A stretch of 64,000 nucleotides of DNA from Obrimoposthia wandeli. Its lineage: Eukaryota. Of the stretch, positions 61,755 through 64,000 are shown in pieces (position 1 is the stretch's first letter; each line of letters opens with the position of its first letter). The stretch is from positions 1 through 64,000 of the forward strand of contig CDROCS010002357.1 of the NCBI GenBank assembly GCA_977020255.1, written 5' to 3'. Under the pieces are notes generated by a model. That model was not told where the DNA came from, did no database searches, and saw only the letters and a program-made list of their open reading frames with translations. Made by a program: the position numbers and the translations under genes.

Positions 61755-62597
61755 CTACGTAATATAAAAATAATAGTAGTAAAGCCTCTAATTTAATTAT
61801 TACGGAGTGTTAGTTTCTTAGTATTTAGAAAACCGCTAGCTTTCATAAGACATCATTAAGTTTAGGGTTCTTAAATGGTGTAACTCAGTTTTTTTAATGG
61901 AAGAGCGGGTGTTCGTAAAGCAGTAGCCTGTGAAGGTATCAGCTACTAGATAGGTAGTTTCATTATTATTTACCGTATAGTGTAAAATTTGGTGGCTTAT
62001 CTAGCGCTGAATAGCGAAATATGATCAAGTCATTGATGGGATGTCAGTTCATAGTATTGTGTTGAAATATTCATCAAATTTTTAAGTTTATGTACTGTCA
62101 CTTATAGGTTTCCAGTTACTGTCATAAAGTTTTTATTGTGTATTCAAACTTTATCTTAAAGTAGATATTCAAAAGATGAATTTATAACAATGATATGGAA
62201 ATTATCGAATTTGAATTTCCAATTGACGATATCCATATGGTAGTAAGAGCACGAGTGGCACGAAAATAGTACTATCTTATATGATGTAAGTAACTGAAAT
62301 AATTTACAGCTTATAACCCATATTTAAAAGATTATATGTGAGGAGGAGAGCTGTGGGTTTAACATTATTATATGGGAGCTATCGATAAGGAATGAAGATG
62401 TTATGCGATAAATATGTTCAAGATCAGTTTCTGATCATGAACAAAAGTTAATCAAATAGTACAGGGCTGAGGATTGTAAAAAAACTCAGTCGTCTGCTGC
62501 CAAGTTTTTATATGATAATATCTAGTAGTGCGTTTATTAGATAAATACGATTTTTCTTTTTAAAGCAATTATAAAATCGGTGTATAGCAAGGGCTGG

Positions 62598-63998
62598 TTA
62601 AGCTTTCGTCTTTCGAGGAATACCCAGTTTTTGGCGTCTTTCCCAAAGACATTTACGGCTCACGCCAAGTCGCTTAGCTAGTTCTGTTTCATTTAAGCTA
62701 TGTTGATGCTCTAAAACAAAGCGCTGGAAATAATCATTAAGTGACAAGCCTCCAGTTTGCTGCGATGGGGTGTTTTGAACTGGTTTTATTCTTCGTTCTA
62801 TATAGCTAATCACGGCTTCGTTTAAATTGTTGTTTTCTATATCGAGGCCCAATAGCTCACTAGTGATTTGTCCTGTTTCACACAGTATGATTGCTCTTTC
62901 GATAGCGTTTTCTAGTTCTCGTACATTACCGGGCCAGCTGTAACGTTTCAAAGTTAATAGTGCGCTTTCACTAAAAAATGCAGGATCACATTTTAAACGT
63001 ACACAAGATCTTTCAAGGAAGGTGTTGGCTAATGATAATATATCTTCACGTCTCTCGCGTAGCGGCGGCATACAGATATCCATAACATATAAGCGGTAGT
63101 ATAAATCTTCTCTGAATTGTCCGTTTTGAGCAAGCTTTTTTAGATTTCTATGAGTGGCGGCGACTAACCGAACATCGACTTTTTGTTGTTCAATAGAGCC
63201 TACTCGGCGCACTTCGCTTTCCTGTAGGAATCTTAATAGTCGCGCTTGAGCCTCTAAAGGTAGCTCGCCAATTTCATCAAGAAATAGAGTCCCGCCATTC
63301 GCTGCCTCAATTAAGCCGATTTTTTGATGTGTAGCGCCAGTAAATGCCCCTTTTTCATGTCCAAATAATTCAGATTCAATCAAGTTATCAGGGATAGCGG
63401 CACAGTTAACAGATATCATCGGAGCATTGTAACGTGCACTTTTTTCGTGAATTGATCTTGCTGCTAATTCTTTACCCGTCCCTGATTCGCCCAATATGAG
63501 GACTGTCGTATCCGTTTTGGATACTTTTTCTATACGTTTATAGAGGTCAACCATCACAGTACTTTTGCCAATGAAATGGTTTTTTACAGGATTAGCACTA
63601 TTGAGTATTTCTTTTTTGTGTTTTGGGGATGGGTTGATTTCTAGTGGGGCTTTAGGGTTGCTAGAAATGATTTGCTGAATCGTCTTTAGCATTTCATCAT
63701 GATCGAAAGGCTTGGCGATATAATCAGTAGCGCCAAGTTTCATGACTTCAACCGCAGATTTCATACTTGCGTAACTTGTCATTATTAGTACAGGGGTGTC
63801 ATCTGCTTTTTCAATTAAATCGGTGCCTGGTGCCCCCGGCAATCTCAAATCGCTAATAATTAAATCGTAATCAGCTAAATTGTACAGTTTTAACGCTTCA
63901 TCTACAGACCCACAATCGTCAACACTAAATCGACTGTTAATTAAAAAGCGTTTAAGAGCAAAGCGAATAACTTGCTCATCTTCAACAATCAGAATATG
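62598..63998 (-). CDS. cbrB: CbrB sigma54-dependent response regulator, 5'-truncated by the window edge
   Basis: N-terminus HILIVEDEQVIR...SDLRLPGAPGT; GESGTGKE, GAFTGA; C-terminal LSL.DYFQ.FVLEHQ..L.ETELA..LGVSRKCLWERRQ.LGIPR is CbrB-specific as recalled; synteny with pcnB. Confidence 0.9.
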   Translation of the reverse strand, partial: HILIVEDEQVIRFALKRFLINSRFSVDDCGSVDEALKLYNLADYDLIISDLRLPGAPGTDLIEKADDTPVLIMTSYASMKSAVEVMKLGATDYIAKPFDHDEMLKTIQQIISSNPKAPLEINPSPKHKKEILNSANPVKNHFIGKSTVMVDLYKRIEKVSKTDTTVLILGESGTGKELAARSIHEKSARYNAPMISVNCAAIPDNLIESELFGHEKGAFTGATHQKIGLIEAANGGTLFLDEIGELPLEAQARLLRFLQESEVRRVGSIEQQKVDVRLVAATHRNLKKLAQNGQFREDLYYRLYVMDICMPPLRERREDILSLANTFLERSCVRLKCDPAFFSESALLTLKRYSWPGNVRELENAIERAIILCETGQITSELLGLDIENNNLNEAVISYIERRIKPVQNTPSQQTGGLSLNDYFQRFVLEHQHSLNETELAKRLGVSRKCLWERRQKLGIPRKTKA

Positions 63999-64000
63999 AC

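Noticed and set aside
62256-62270. TGGCACGAAAATAGT sigma54-like element on the plus strand
   Set aside because: The -12 dinucleotide is GT, not GC, and no downstream gene or RNA is evident.
62250-62520. Possible decayed XRE/CI-like HTH gene
   Set aside because: Only vague similarity across several broken frames; not supportable by eye.
1-64000. rRNA, tRNA, CRISPR arrays, prophage or defence genes
   Set aside because: None recognised anywhere in the window.

Overview
AT-rich gammaproteobacterial chromosomal window, probably marine (Na+-pumping oadGAB) with Pseudomonadales/Oceanospirillales-like gene order. It is mostly housekeeping and metabolism: upp; a fused-E1/E2 2-oxo-acid dehydrogenase with an Lrp regulator; a complete Entner-Doudoroff cluster (eda-pgl-zwf, hexR, pyk-gap, edd-glk-mutarotase); thiI; oadGAB; aapJQMP; a peptide-type ABC operon with ArgE and an amidohydrolase; rsuA and an RsmC-like gene; and cbrB...pcnB-folK-panB-panC. 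Mobile DNA: one intact IS4-family element (13-bp TIRs, 9-bp TSD), an unannotated 259-bp non-autonomous MITE with related ends and its own 9-bp TSD, and a decayed IS5-family transposase. No rRNA, tRNA or CRISPR array was seen. Three items stand out. (1) Between a clear CbrB orthologue and pcnB lies a complete CrcZ-like module: TGTTAC enhancer sites inside a perfect 22-bp inverted repeat, a correctly spaced sigma54 -24/-12 promoter, and a ~200-nt non-coding stretch with four AANAANAA motifs ending in a hairpin. (2) A Cys-free SUOX-fold secreted protein resembling Agrobacterium PruR sits 1 bp upstream of a 4-PAS histidine kinase with a DcpA-like periplasmic domain, followed by a REC-kinase hybrid and a pseudo-receiver-TPR protein; this is a candidate pterin-sensing phosphorelay. 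(3) The highly structured IS4-derived MITE sits in a terminator at nearly the same 9-bp target as the IS. All family assignments are from motif recognition by eye; no database searches were run.
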